Both the position numbers and the translations under genes were made by a program. Shown piece by piece: positions 8,199 through 17,814 of a DNA stretch of 64,000 bases. Position 1 is the stretch's first letter; every line of letters begins with the position of its first letter. A model generated the notes under the pieces. It saw nothing but the letters and a program-made list of their open reading frames with translations, was not told the DNA's origin and made no database searches. Origin of the DNA: an uncultured Haloferula sp. (lineage in GTDB: Bacteria; Verrucomicrobiota; Verrucomicrobiia; Verrucomicrobiales; Akkermansiaceae); contig CBFGTS010000006.1 in NCBI GenBank assembly GCA_965652295.1, forward strand, positions 192,001-256,000, in the 5' to 3' direction.

Positions 8199-9719
8199 TC
8201 ACATCAATGTCGCGCCCGCCTCGGCCAGCTCGGAACGCTCGCCGCGGCTCAGCGGAACGTGCGCCACGAAGGGCTGACCTTTGAGACGATTGCGCGTGTA
8301 GACGAGACCGTTGCTACGGCTGTCGACGTAGGGATGGTCGATCTGCGCCGGGTCGCCGACCATCACCAGCTTCGAGCCGCGCGACATCCGCGTGACGACC
8401 GTCTTCGCCTCCTGCGGCGTGAGCTGCTGGGCTTCGTCGAGCACGAAGAAACGGTTCGGGATCGAGCGACCGCGGATGTAGGCCAGGGCCTCGATTTCAA
8501 TGATCCCCTGCTCAAGCAAAACTTCGTAGGGCTTCTTGCCGCCGGAGTCGGTCTGCTTCTGCTTGCGGCGCGGTCCGGCCGGGCTCGGGGGGCACATCAG
8601 CAGTTCCAGAGCATCATGGATCGGCTGAAGCCACGGCCGCATCTTTTCCTCCAGGGTGCCGGGCAGGAAACCGAGCTGTTCGCCCATCGCGACCACCGGA
8701 CGGCTCACCGTCAGGCCGTTGTATTTCCGATTGAACATCTCGTGCAGTCCCGCCGCCACCGCGATCAGCGTTTTGCCCGTGCCGGCGTGGCCGTAGCACG
8801 TCACCAGCGAGACCTCCGGGTTGAGCAAGGCATCGATGAGGCAACGTTGCCCGAGGTTCATCGGTTTCAGCGCGATGCCATCCGGGATCTTCAGCGCGTC
8901 GGGCACCTGCAAACGCACCAGCCGCCCCTCGCTCGCCAGGCGCGCCGGCATGGTTTGCTTCTCCCCGGCTTCCAGCAGCACATACTGGTTGAGCACCACC
9001 TCGAACCGACGCTCGTGGGGAACCACCAGCTCGCCCGAACTCGCGAAACGTTGCAGCTCCGAGGGATCCACCTCGATACGGCGGATGTCGTAGGTCGAGA
9101 CCTCCCGCGGGTCCACCTTGTCATTGAGATAATCCTCGCACTCGATGCCTACCGCCCGCGCCTTGAGTTGGAGGTTGATGTCCTTGGTCACCAACACCAC
9201 CGGCGCGGTGTTATGCTGCATCAACAGCAGTGTGGCGGCCATGATCCGGTGATCGACCCGCTCGCGATCGGGGAACACCCGGTGGAAATGATTCAACATC
9301 TCCGAGTTCTTCGGACAACTGAGCGGATCATAGATCACCATCCGCAAGGTCCCGCCACCTTCCGTGGGCACCCCGGTCGTGATCGCGTCCGAGCTCGAGA
9401 AAAGCTCCGTCAACCTCCGATGCACCCGGCGGGCGTTGGCACCGCGCTCCGATTGCTCGGACTTGAAACGGTCGAGCTCCGCCAGCACGTCCACGGGAAT
9501 GCAGATATGGTTCTCCTTGAAACGGCTGAGACAGCCCGGATCGTGAATCAGGACATTGGTGTCCAGGACGAAATTCTTCACCACCTGTGATGGAGCCCGC
9601 AGGCCGAACTCCATCGCATCGGAGATGAGCTTCGCCGTTCTCTTCCGCGCCGCGCCTCCCGGTTTGCCGTTTGTTTCAGCGAAGAGATTGCTTTGGGAGT
9701 CGTCGACCGGCTGGATCAT
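8199..9719 (-). CDS. PIN-domain PhoH family ATPase (PhoH2/YlaK-like)
   Basis: FVLDTNVLIHDP, VTKDINLQLKA, GHAGTGKT, LGFLPG, YIRGRS, DEAQ, GDPAQID, ERSELA. Confidence 0.93.
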   Translation of the reverse strand: MIQPVDDSQSNLFAETNGKPGGAARKRTAKLISDAMEFGLRAPSQVVKNFVLDTNVLIHDPGCLSRFKENHICIPVDVLAELDRFKSEQSERGANARRVHRRLTELFSSSDAITTGVPTEGGGTLRMVIYDPLSCPKNSEMLNHFHRVFPDRERVDHRIMAATLLLMQHNTAPVVLVTKDINLQLKARAVGIECEDYLNDKVDPREVSTYDIRRIEVDPSELQRFASSGELVVPHERRFEVVLNQYVLLEAGEKQTMPARLASEGRLVRLQVPDALKIPDGIALKPMNLGQRCLIDALLNPEVSLVTCYGHAGTGKTLIAVAAGLHEMFNRKYNGLTVSRPVVAMGEQLGFLPGTLEEKMRPWLQPIHDALELLMCPPSPAGPRRKQKQTDSGGKKPYEVLLEQGIIEIEALAYIRGRSIPNRFFVLDEAQQLTPQEAKTVVTRMSRGSKLVMVGDPAQIDHPYVDSRSNGLVYTRNRLKGQPFVAHVPLSRGERSELAEAGATLM

Positions 9720-10009
9720 CGGATCAAGGTGTTGGGGTTGGATGGGTGGCGGTGAAGCTGGGACGAACGCCCGGACCGCCTCCGGGCTTCGCCAATCCGC
9801 AACAGTGCGGAACGGTTGAAAACAATATATTCAAGCCATCCGAAGTATTGCCGGCGCGCGCCGGAAGGCAACCAAATTCGGCTTTCAGTTCGTTCACTGG
9901 ATTTCCCTTGAGCATGGCGGATGCCAGACGTTGCGATGACGCTTGTCATCCGACCACCCGCGTCGAAAAGCCTGCGTCGGGAAGCTTTGCGACGGCCGAA
10001 CTCGGGTAC

Positions 10010-11095
10010 CTATCGTACCTCGGCGGATCCGGCGGCGAGCCGGCGGGCTTCACGGCGGTCCGGCTTGCCCAGCGGCGTGCGCGGGAGAACGGGCACCCGC
10101 ACCATGCGTCCGATCTTCCATGGGCCTGCCACCGTGGCATTATGCACGGCCAGCTTCTGATTTGCATCCCCGCCAGCCGTTACGAGAACCAGCTCCCGGC
10201 CATTCCTGGGATGGGGCACATCCACGACCATGCTGTCCACCCCGAAAACCCGCTCGAGTTCGTCGAGGTCGACCAGCTCGCCGAGAACCTTTACGCAGCG
10301 GTCGGCCCGCCCGATGACCGAAATCGCCGAGCCGGTGATGCAGACCCGGTCGGAGGTGGTGAACGGCCCGGGAGCCCGCGGAATGAAGCGACAACCCGTT
10401 TCCCCGCCTTCGAGCACCCCGGCGAAAAGCGAGGGACCCTCAATTTCCAGCCGTCCCCCCTCGCCAATGCCGGCCCGCCAATGAGGAAGGATTTCGATCG
10501 GCTCCGGCACGTACGGAGATCCCAGTAGTTCCGGCGGTTGGGTGGCGATCTGTGACGCCGCCTCGGTCATGCCGTAGCTGGCCAGAACCGGCCATCCGAG
10601 TTCACGAGCCGCGTTCCCCAATTCCCCGGAAAGCGCTCCCCCACCCACCACCACGGTCCGCAAGGCGGGCGGTGCCGGAAGCCGGGCGACCACAAGATCG
10701 TGAACCTGCGTGGGCACCAGCGGGCAATGGGCCACGTCTTCCGTCCTCATCCAGGCCACCGCAGCGACGGGATCCCACCGGCCGTTCAGGCGCGTGATTC
10801 CGCAGCCCGCTTCGAACGCACGGGCCACCACTCCGAATCCGCCGACGTGATGAAGCGGCAGCGCCAGGCCCCAGATTTCTCCGTCCTTCACACCCAGATG
10901 CCGGTTGACCACCGCAGCGGAAACCAACAACGCCTCGCGGGAAAGCCCGATCCATTTCGGCTCGCCGGTAGACCCGGACGTCCGGAAATAAACCAATCCC
11001 GGAAGCCCGCCTTCCACCTCCGGAAGCTCGCTGCCCGGAGCGATGGGGCGGTCCGAAACCCAGAACGCCGGGTCGGTCAGGAGAGCTTCTTCCAT
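10010..11095 (-). CDS. menE: o-succinylbenzoate-CoA ligase (short form)
   Basis: FRTSGSTGEPK, LPLHHVGG, SYGMTEAASQ, RTPLGKPDR; overlaps the 3' end of menC. Confidence 0.85.
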   Translation of the reverse strand: MEEALLTDPAFWVSDRPIAPGSELPEVEGGLPGLVYFRTSGSTGEPKWIGLSREALLVSAAVVNRHLGVKDGEIWGLALPLHHVGGFGVVARAFEAGCGITRLNGRWDPVAAVAWMRTEDVAHCPLVPTQVHDLVVARLPAPPALRTVVVGGGALSGELGNAARELGWPVLASYGMTEAASQIATQPPELLGSPYVPEPIEILPHWRAGIGEGGRLEIEGPSLFAGVLEGGETGCRFIPRAPGPFTTSDRVCITGSAISVIGRADRCVKVLGELVDLDELERVFGVDSMVVDVPHPRNGRELVLVTAGGDANQKLAVHNATVAGPWKIGRMVRVPVLPRTPLGKPDRREARRLAAGSAEVR

Positions 11096-12048
11096 GGCAG
11101 TCGTTCCAACAGGTCGTCGAAACCCAGGCCGGTTCCGCCCGGCGGCTTGAACTCCGGCGACCAGCGGCCGAGGCGTTCGGCGAAGTCGCTGGGCGTGAAA
11201 AGGTGATGCGTCTGCAAGCCGCACACCCCGACCAGCCCCGGAAACTGGACGTTCAACTTCGCCGCCTCCCAGGCCGCCGCGCACTGCCCGAGCGGGTGCT
11301 CCATCGAGCTGGTCACCACCACCTGCTGGCCCCGCGCAGCCGCGGCCTCGGCAAGGAGCCAGGGTTCATCCACGGCAGGCTTGATCACCATCACCTGAGC
11401 GGCCGCGGCCAGCGGAACCGCCTCGCGATCCACCGCCAGGGGCACCCGGCAGCGGCTCTTCAGCTCGCGCCAAGTGGTTTCGGAATACGGACATGGATCT
11501 TCCACGAAATCAATCTTCCACCTCAGCGCCTCCGGCAACCCTAGTAGGAAATCGGTCGCCTGCGCCGGGTCGAAGCTTTCGTTGGCATCCAACCGCCATC
11601 GCAAGCCAGGGTGCTTGTCCGCCGACTTCATCAGGTACTCGGCTTCCGCCGCGGGATCCCGGCCGATCTTCATCTTGATCCGCGTGAAGCCCTTTTCCAC
11701 GGCGCTGTCCAGAATCCGTTCGTCCTGCCACGGGAGGGTCGCGTGGCTCGGCGGGATGTCGATTTCCTCCAGCAATGGATCACCGATAAAGCGGGCATCG
11801 GCATCCTCCTTCGCGCAGCGGACCGCGCGACGCACGATCACCCGCCGGCGGTCTCCTGCAAGGTCGTCGAGGCATTTCGCCAGCGTCGGATCACCGAACT
11901 CCGGCCATGGATGCAGGCAGGCGAAGCCTTCGCCGACGCGAACCAGCGCGCCCTCGAACTCGCGGCGGGTCGTCTTCGAGTTCACCGGCTGCCGGGCTGC
12001 CAGCGTGTATTTCCAATACCAGAGATCCTCGGACACGTGCGGAACCAT
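11077..12048 (-). CDS. menC: o-succinylbenzoate synthase
   Basis: LHPWPEFGD, KMKIG, RLDANE, FVEDP, AVDRE, VIKPAVD, VVTSSMEHPLG. Confidence 0.88.
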   Translation of the reverse strand: MVPHVSEDLWYWKYTLAARQPVNSKTTRREFEGALVRVGEGFACLHPWPEFGDPTLAKCLDDLAGDRRRVIVRRAVRCAKEDADARFIGDPLLEEIDIPPSHATLPWQDERILDSAVEKGFTRIKMKIGRDPAAEAEYLMKSADKHPGLRWRLDANESFDPAQATDFLLGLPEALRWKIDFVEDPCPYSETTWRELKSRCRVPLAVDREAVPLAAAAQVMVIKPAVDEPWLLAEAAAARGQQVVVTSSMEHPLGQCAAAWEAAKLNVQFPGLVGVCGLQTHHLFTPSDFAERLGRWSPEFKPPGGTGLGFDDLLERLPWKKLS

Positions 12049-12225
12049 GCCCTCGTCGGCAGGATTTCCAAATGCAAAGCGGCGGGCAGGATGTTTCCCT
12101 TCCTTATGACGGACTCCTCTCCAGCGAACGGGCGTTTGAGCTTGCCTCAGAGGAGGCTTTTGGAGTGTGTTGCGGAGAGCCTTTTCTCCGGGAAAGGCCA
12201 TCAACCCAACCCCAACCAACCCAAA

Positions 12226-13179
12226 ATGAAGACCCATCCCTTGATGTGGCCGCTGATCTGCGGCTCCATTGCCGGCAGCCTGCACGCAAGCACCGTGGCC
12301 TACTGGCGATTTGAAGAAGGCCCCGCGGGAGCGAACGTGGATCGCAACGGCCAAGCCGACGGCACCTACTACGGCGCGATCGCCGATCACTCCGGCAACG
12401 GCTACAACCTCTCGGTGTGGTCCGACGGCGGCGGTGCCGGCTACGCCTACCGTTCGTCGGTGGCTGGTCCCATCGTAGACGGCCAGGCAAACAACCTGAG
12501 CGTGCAGAACACCGGCGGTTCTCCGGCGATGTGGACGGAAACAGGCTCCTCGCTGCAGACGATGACGTTTCCGCAGTTTACGATCGAGGCGACCTTCAAG
12601 CTCGAAAACGGGACCCACCGTACCATCGTGGGTCGCGACTCGTTTGGCGCCTCCACCACCAATTCCCAACTCTCCGCGCTTTACTTCCAGGCCCTGCCCA
12701 ACAACGGCCTGGCCATCAAGTTCGGCGATGAAGACGGGTTCTGGCACGAAGCCGTTTCGGCCGACAACGCTTTCACGAGCTTCGACTTCGGCACCGATCC
12801 GAATGGCGACAACGCCCCTTGGTACAGTATGGCCGGAGTCAGTGACGGCTCGACGCTTTCGCTCTACCTGCGGGACATCGATGCAGGCGGTGGCTGGAGC
12901 CTGCTCGCCAGCACCGATTTGACCGCCAGTGGCAGCACCAACACCGCTTTGACCAATGGAGCAGGCGATGGAGGCGACTGGGACGCGGGCAACTTCTCGC
13001 TCGGCCGCGGCCTCTACAACAGCGGTCACGGCGATCGCGCCTGGGGCTTCATCGACGAGGTCCGGATTTCCGACACGGCGCTCGATACGTCCGAATTTTT
13101 GGCGGTGGTGCCGGAGCCAAGTACTGTGGCCCTCGGACTTCTCGGCGGCCTTGCCCTGCTGCGCCGGCGGCGTGACTGA
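12226..13179 (+). CDS. LamG-like jelly-roll PEP-CTERM protein
   Basis: Signal peptide, VAYWRFEEG, GFIDEVRISDTAL, VPEPSTVALGLLGGLALLRRRRD. Confidence 0.9.
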   Translation: MKTHPLMWPLICGSIAGSLHASTVAYWRFEEGPAGANVDRNGQADGTYYGAIADHSGNGYNLSVWSDGGGAGYAYRSSVAGPIVDGQANNLSVQNTGGSPAMWTETGSSLQTMTFPQFTIEATFKLENGTHRTIVGRDSFGASTTNSQLSALYFQALPNNGLAIKFGDEDGFWHEAVSADNAFTSFDFGTDPNGDNAPWYSMAGVSDGSTLSLYLRDIDAGGGWSLLASTDLTASGSTNTALTNGAGDGGDWDAGNFSLGRGLYNSGHGDRAWGFIDEVRISDTALDTSEFLAVVPEPSTVALGLLGGLALLRRRRD

Positions 13180-13201
13180 CCAGCCTTTTCTTCGACTTCA
13201 G

Positions 13202-13235
13202 AACGGCCCGGGATTCATCGCCCGGGCCGTTTTTT
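13202..13235 (+). terminator. Intrinsic terminator
   Basis: AACGGCCCGGG-loop-CCCGGGCCGTTTTTT. Confidence 0.85.
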
Positions 13236-13261
13236 GTACTCCGCAAATCGTAAGCCCACCC

Positions 13262-14137
13262 TCAGAAGGCCACTGCGCAGAGATGGAACAACGCCGCAAA
13301 CGCGACCAACTGAAGGGCGGCGAGTGCGAGCAGGCGGTTCATTCCCGGGCCCTCGTCCATCGACATCGCTCCCCAACTGATCCTCAGACCGAGTGTCCAC
13401 AGCGGCAAGGTGGCGATGAACAGCCACGGCAGGCCGAAGAAGACCCACACGATCCCCAGCAAGGCCGGAATTTTCACCTCCGCCCAGACCATCAGCCGCG
13501 CGAACTTCGGCCCGAAGCGAACAGCCAGCGTGTGCTTGCCGGTGCCCGCGTCCTCCACCCGGTCACGCAGGTTGTTGATGGAGATGAGCACCGCGGAGAG
13601 CAGTCCCACCTGAGCACCGAGCAGCAGCGCCTCCGGCCGCCATTCGCGGAGCTGCACGAAAACCGTTCCGGTCACCGCGACCACGCCGAAGAACAGGATC
13701 ACGAACAGCTCGCCCATGCCCCGATAGGCCAGAGGGAACGGTCCGCCGGTGTAGCCATAGGCGAGATACATCGACACCGCCCCGATCGCCAGAATCGGCC
13801 ATCCGGCGGCGAGGAACAGCGGAACCCCGAACAGGGCCGCAAGCAGCAGAAAGACCCCACCGCAGATCATGACCGCACGCGGCGACATCAGCCCGCTGGC
13901 CGTCACCCGCCGCGGACCGGTACGGCGATCGGTATCCGCCCCCTTGGCGGAATCGATCGCGTCATTGAAAAAATTCGTCGCAATCTGGATACAAACCGCT
14001 CCGAGCAGCGTGCAGACGCCGAGCAACGGACTCCAGGTTTCCTCCAGCTTCCAGGCAAGCACACAGCCGGCCCAGACCGGAACGACGGCGGCGGGCAGGG
14101 TCTTCGGACGCGTGGCGAGCAGGAAGGCTTTGATCAC
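13262..14137 (-). CDS. menA: 1,4-dihydroxy-2-naphthoate octaprenyltransferase
   Basis: ATRPKTLPAA, NFFNDAID..GADT, YTGGPFPLAYRGMGE, INNLRDRVEDAGTGKHTLAVRFG; GTG start at 14137. Confidence 0.93.
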   Translation of the reverse strand: MIKAFLLATRPKTLPAAVVPVWAGCVLAWKLEETWSPLLGVCTLLGAVCIQIATNFFNDAIDSAKGADTDRRTGPRRVTASGLMSPRAVMICGGVFLLLAALFGVPLFLAAGWPILAIGAVSMYLAYGYTGGPFPLAYRGMGELFVILFFGVVAVTGTVFVQLREWRPEALLLGAQVGLLSAVLISINNLRDRVEDAGTGKHTLAVRFGPKFARLMVWAEVKIPALLGIVWVFFGLPWLFIATLPLWTLGLRISWGAMSMDEGPGMNRLLALAALQLVAFAALFHLCAVAF

Positions 14138-14176
14138 GCGGGAGAGCAAAGGAACTGGCCGACGGTGCCGCCATCC

Positions 14177-14215
14177 AAAAAACGAGAACGGCCGCCCGGG
14201 AGATCCGGACGGCCG
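14177..14215 (-). terminator. Intrinsic terminator of the autotransporter gene
   Basis: GC hairpin 14189-14215 followed on the minus strand by TTCTCGTTTTTT. Confidence 0.6.
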
Positions 14216-14238
14216 CGATGCGCAGGTCAAAAAAAGCG

Positions 14239-15957
14239 TCAGAATTCGTAGCCGACTTTGGCTCCGATGTAGTGGGACTCCGTGTTCTCACCCAGACGCG
14301 CTTCGTAGTCGACCACCACGTTGATGCCGCAGTTCTGATACCAGCCGACACCGACTCCAATGACCGCGAGGTCTTCGTCCAGACTGGCCAGCGGAACACC
14401 GCCGATGGTTCCTGGATCGTCTTCGAACTCGTGCTCCCATGCGGCGCGCACCTGGGGAACCAGTGTTCCGGAAGCCAGTTTCACCGGGTAGGACAGTTGA
14501 TACCCCAGCTGGGTGGCGAGCGACTCATAGGTTGCATCCTGGAAGGTCAGGGCTCCGGGACCGGTTTCGGTGTAGCCGTCGATTTCACCATCCAGCCAGC
14601 GGACCTGGCCGTACGGGCCATGGACGAGCGCACCGGTGGAAATGTTCAGGCCGGTGTTGAACTCAAGATGGTGGAAGTCGCCTTCCGTGTCACCGATCGC
14701 CCCACTGGGAATTCTCGTCGTCTCGTAATCGTTCATCCCATATGCATACAGCGCATCGGCGTAGAACATCATGTTCGAGCCGACGTCCTGACGGTACGAA
14801 ACGTAGGGGATCAAGGCGACCGTATCGATGTCGGCATTGCCGAGGTTCGTCATGTCAATATCCGTCCGGGCACTGCTGAGCGCGAAGCCCGCGGACCAGT
14901 TGGCGTTGAAGTCGTATTCGAATCCGATCATTCCGCCGAAGACATCGGTGGAAACCTCGTCCTGCAACAACTGGCGGAACAGCCCGTTGGCGGTGCTGAA
15001 GGTCCGGTACTGGGCATCGAAATCGTCCGAAGAATAAAAGATCTGACCATAAACCTCCCATGGGCAGGTCTCGGTCATCATGATCGGCTCCTTGGACATG
15101 CCTCCCTTTGCCATACCGCCCTTTGCCCCCGAGGGAGCTGGCTGGGTGTAGGTCACCGGCTCGGTGCGGACGCCGGAGCGGAGACGATAGAGACGGCTCC
15201 CCACATCACGGGTCACCGTCCGCGAAACCGCGAGCGAGGAAGTGCGGAGGGTGGAGCTGACCAACCGGCCTGCATCGGTGATTTCGAAACCGATCTCCCG
15301 ACCCAGCTTCGAAAGGATCGCCGCCTCGAAATCAGTAAACGTGTCCGCGGCCAGGGTGAAGGAACCGGTTCCGCCCTGGATGTTATCGATGAAATACTGT
15401 TCGAGCGTGGTGCTCCCATCGAGGATAGGAAGACCGTTGATGGCATCGATTCCTGCGGCAAGCGCGGCATCCCGCGATGCTGCATCGCTACTGGCGGAAC
15501 CACTGCCGTCGCCGGAAACGTCGATCACCTGACGGTTGCTGACGATGTTGTTGCCGAAGATTTCCTGAACCGCCAAGTCGATGCCGATGGCGGGATTGGT
15601 CCCTCCGGAACTCGGACGGGCGAAATTGTCGAGCAGATTGGCGAACGTCAGCGCATCCGAGGCGTTGTTCAGCACCGTCCACGGGATTCCCACGCCGGCC
15701 GAGCTGTCGAAATAGATGAGACTGACGGCCAACCCTCCCGAAAGCGACGAGTGAAGCTGCGAATTTCGAAATGCCTGCGCATAACCATCAAGCTGGAGAT
15801 CGAACTCCATACTGTCGATGCTTCCCGACGTATCGGTGACGAGAGCCAGCTCTAAACCGACCATGGTCTGCGCGCCAACACTGGCAGGCACGCTCGCTGC
15901 TACGAGCGCTCCGAAAAGCTTGGCGTAGCGAATAGGGGGTAAACTACTGCGTTTCAT
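14239..15957 (-). CDS. DUF1194 (vWA-like) passenger plus autotransporter beta-barrel protein
   Basis: LELALVTDTSGSID..QLDGYAQAF, RQVIDVSGDG, INGLPI; C-terminal barrel with PQVRAAWEHEF ending GYEF. Confidence 0.85.
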   Translation of the reverse strand: MKRSSLPPIRYAKLFGALVAASVPASVGAQTMVGLELALVTDTSGSIDSMEFDLQLDGYAQAFRNSQLHSSLSGGLAVSLIYFDSSAGVGIPWTVLNNASDALTFANLLDNFARPSSGGTNPAIGIDLAVQEIFGNNIVSNRQVIDVSGDGSGSASSDAASRDAALAAGIDAINGLPILDGSTTLEQYFIDNIQGGTGSFTLAADTFTDFEAAILSKLGREIGFEITDAGRLVSSTLRTSSLAVSRTVTRDVGSRLYRLRSGVRTEPVTYTQPAPSGAKGGMAKGGMSKEPIMMTETCPWEVYGQIFYSSDDFDAQYRTFSTANGLFRQLLQDEVSTDVFGGMIGFEYDFNANWSAGFALSSARTDIDMTNLGNADIDTVALIPYVSYRQDVGSNMMFYADALYAYGMNDYETTRIPSGAIGDTEGDFHHLEFNTGLNISTGALVHGPYGQVRWLDGEIDGYTETGPGALTFQDATYESLATQLGYQLSYPVKLASGTLVPQVRAAWEHEFEDDPGTIGGVPLASLDEDLAVIGVGVGWYQNCGINVVVDYEARLGENTESHYIGAKVGYEF

Positions 15958-16089
15958 AATGTTTGAGGTTAATCAGGAGGAGGCCTTCCAGCCCTTTACT
16001 ACAATCCGTCTTTAAACAAAGAACCCCCATTCTAGACAAGAGCGAAATGCATTCTTAACGATTTCAGACAATACCGAGCCAAGAATATG

Positions 16090-16112
16090 CCCGTGATTAT
16101 TATTATCACGGG
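16090..16112. promoter_or_regulatory. Palindrome containing a Fur-box-like 7-1-7 sequence
   Basis: CCCGTGATTATTATTATCACGGG; core TGATTATTATTATCA has one mismatch to TGATAATnATTATCA. Confidence 0.5.
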
Positions 16113-16154
16113 ATCCTCCGGAATTTCGAAAGTCCGGGATGCGTCCGCCCGGGA

Positions 16155-16194
16155 AAGCCAAACGACCGCTCCGAGGATCACCTCGAAGCGGCCG
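16155..16194 (-). terminator. Putative terminator downstream of menB
   Basis: Hairpin CGACCGCTCCGAGG-ATCA-CCTCGAAGCGGCCG followed on the minus strand by TTTGGCTTT. Confidence 0.5.
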
Positions 16195-16249
16195 CGGAAA
16201 GCTCCGGTTCAGTAACGCGTCAAAATATCCAACAGCTGCGCGCCGCCGT

Positions 16250-17065
16250 TCAGGGCACCCTGGGGAACTTCGAAAAGTCGGGCTTGCGCTTTTCGACGAA
16301 GGCGTTTTTCCCCTCCTTCGCCTCCTCGCTCATGTAGTAGAGCAGAGTGGCGTTTCCGGCGAGGTCGAGGAGACCCATCTGCCCGTCGCAGTCGGCGTTG
16401 AGGCACGCTTTGAGACAACGCAGCGCGAGCGGCGAGTGGGCGAGCATCTCGCGGCACCATTGAAGGGTTTCCGCTTCAAGTCTTTCGAGCGGCACCACGG
16501 TATTCACGAGTCCCATCTCCAAGGCTTGTTGGGCGTCGTACTGACGGCACAAATACCAAATCTCCCGAGCTTTTTTCTGACCGACGATCCGGGCCAGATA
16601 GCTGGAGCCCAGCCCACCATCGAAAGACCCCACCTTCGGTCCTGTCTGACCGAAGCGTGCGTTGTCGGCGGCGATGGTTAGGTCGCACACGACGTGCAGC
16701 ACATGACCGCCGCCGATGGCATAGCCCGCCACCATCGCCACCACCGGCTTGGGCATCTGGCGGATCTTCTTCTGGACGTCGAGGATGTTGAGGCGAGGCA
16801 CGCCGTCATCGCCGACGTAGCCGGCATGGCCGCGCACCTTCTGGTCACCGCCGGAGCAGAACGCCTTGTCGCCCTCGCCCGTCAGCACCACCACTCCGAC
16901 CTGCGGGTCCTCGTGCGCGAGTTCGAACGCGATGAGCATCTCCTTCACGGTCTGAGGCCGGAAGGCGTTGCGCACCTCCGGCCGATTGATGGTGATCTTG
17001 GCAATCTGCCCCTCATCCGTCGTCTCGTAGCGGATGTCCTCGAATTCACGCACTGCGGTCCACAT
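16250..17065 (-). CDS. menB: 1,4-dihydroxy-2-naphthoyl-CoA synthase
   Basis: [49 protein letters not shown]. Confidence 0.97.
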   Translation of the reverse strand: MWTAVREFEDIRYETTDEGQIAKITINRPEVRNAFRPQTVKEMLIAFELAHEDPQVGVVVLTGEGDKAFCSGGDQKVRGHAGYVGDDGVPRLNILDVQKKIRQMPKPVVAMVAGYAIGGGHVLHVVCDLTIAADNARFGQTGPKVGSFDGGLGSSYLARIVGQKKAREIWYLCRQYDAQQALEMGLVNTVVPLERLEAETLQWCREMLAHSPLALRCLKACLNADCDGQMGLLDLAGNATLLYYMSEEAKEGKNAFVEKRKPDFSKFPRVP

Positions 17066-17082
17066 GGTGGCCGGAGTGTGGC

Positions 17083-17814
17083 TTAGGAAACGGACCGCTC
17101 AAGGAATTCCCCCACGATGCGGGGAAAGTCCGCGCTCTCCCACGGCACGCGGTGGCCGGCTCCGGGGGCGATCCACGACTCGAAGCCGCCGCACGCCATC
17201 GCACGCGCGGCAAGCGTGCGGAACTTCGCGTCCTTTTCTCCCGCGACCCACAATACCGGGCATGCGATCTTTCCCAGCCGGTCCCACAGAGGCTCCTGCA
17301 CGCCCAGCGACCAGTCCATGAAACTCCGCGCCACCGCGCCGCGACGCGTTTCCAGCGGGCGGCGGTCCGGCATGGCGAGCCCTTCGTTCCCTTCACGCTT
17401 CAAAACACCCTGCCCATCCCATGCCTCCAGAAAATCCCGCCAGTCTCCCTTGAGCGCCTTCGCCGCCCATGCCGCATCGTGTTTCCGGCGGGCGGCCTTT
17501 TCCCGCTCCTCCTCCAGCCCGGCGTGGGCCGAAACGATCACCGCCGCATCCCACGGACCGCCCGCAAGCAGCGCATGCAGTGCCAGCCGTCCACCCATCG
17601 AGTAGCCGAGCAGAACATTCCGCGCTCCGCACTCCGCACTCCGCGCTCGTTCCGCCTCTTCGTTGAGCGCTCCGCCGAAAGCCGGCATCGACATCGGGCA
17701 GCAGTCGAGGAAACGCCAGAGATCGACCCGTTTCACCGCCCATCCCGGAACCGACAGCCCGCGCCAGTCCGCCGCCATCCCGACCGCTCCGTGCAGGCAC
17801 CAGATCGACTTCAT
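17083..17814 (-). CDS. menH: Alpha/beta hydrolase, SHCHC synthase-like
   Basis: [27 protein letters not shown]; adjacent to menB. Confidence 0.85.
   Translation of the reverse strand: MKSIWCLHGAVGMAADWRGLSVPGWAVKRVDLWRFLDCCPMSMPAFGGALNEEAERARSAECGARNVLLGYSMGGRLALHALLAGGPWDAAVIVSAHAGLEEEREKAARRKHDAAWAAKALKGDWRDFLEAWDGQGVLKREGNEGLAMPDRRPLETRRGAVARSFMDWSLGVQEPLWDRLGKIACPVLWVAGEKDAKFRTLAARAMACGGFESWIAPGAGHRVPWESADFPRIVGEFLERSVS
17619..17646. repeat. Heptamer tandem repeat (TCCGCRC)x4 inside menH
   Basis: TCCGCGC TCCGCAC TCCGCAC TCCGCGC; encodes the ARSAECGAR loop. Confidence 0.7.

Noticed and set aside
11077..13029. 650-aa ORF suggesting a long N-terminal extension on MenC
   Set aside because: The extension is antisense to the LamG PEP-CTERM gene; MenC similarity begins near 12048.
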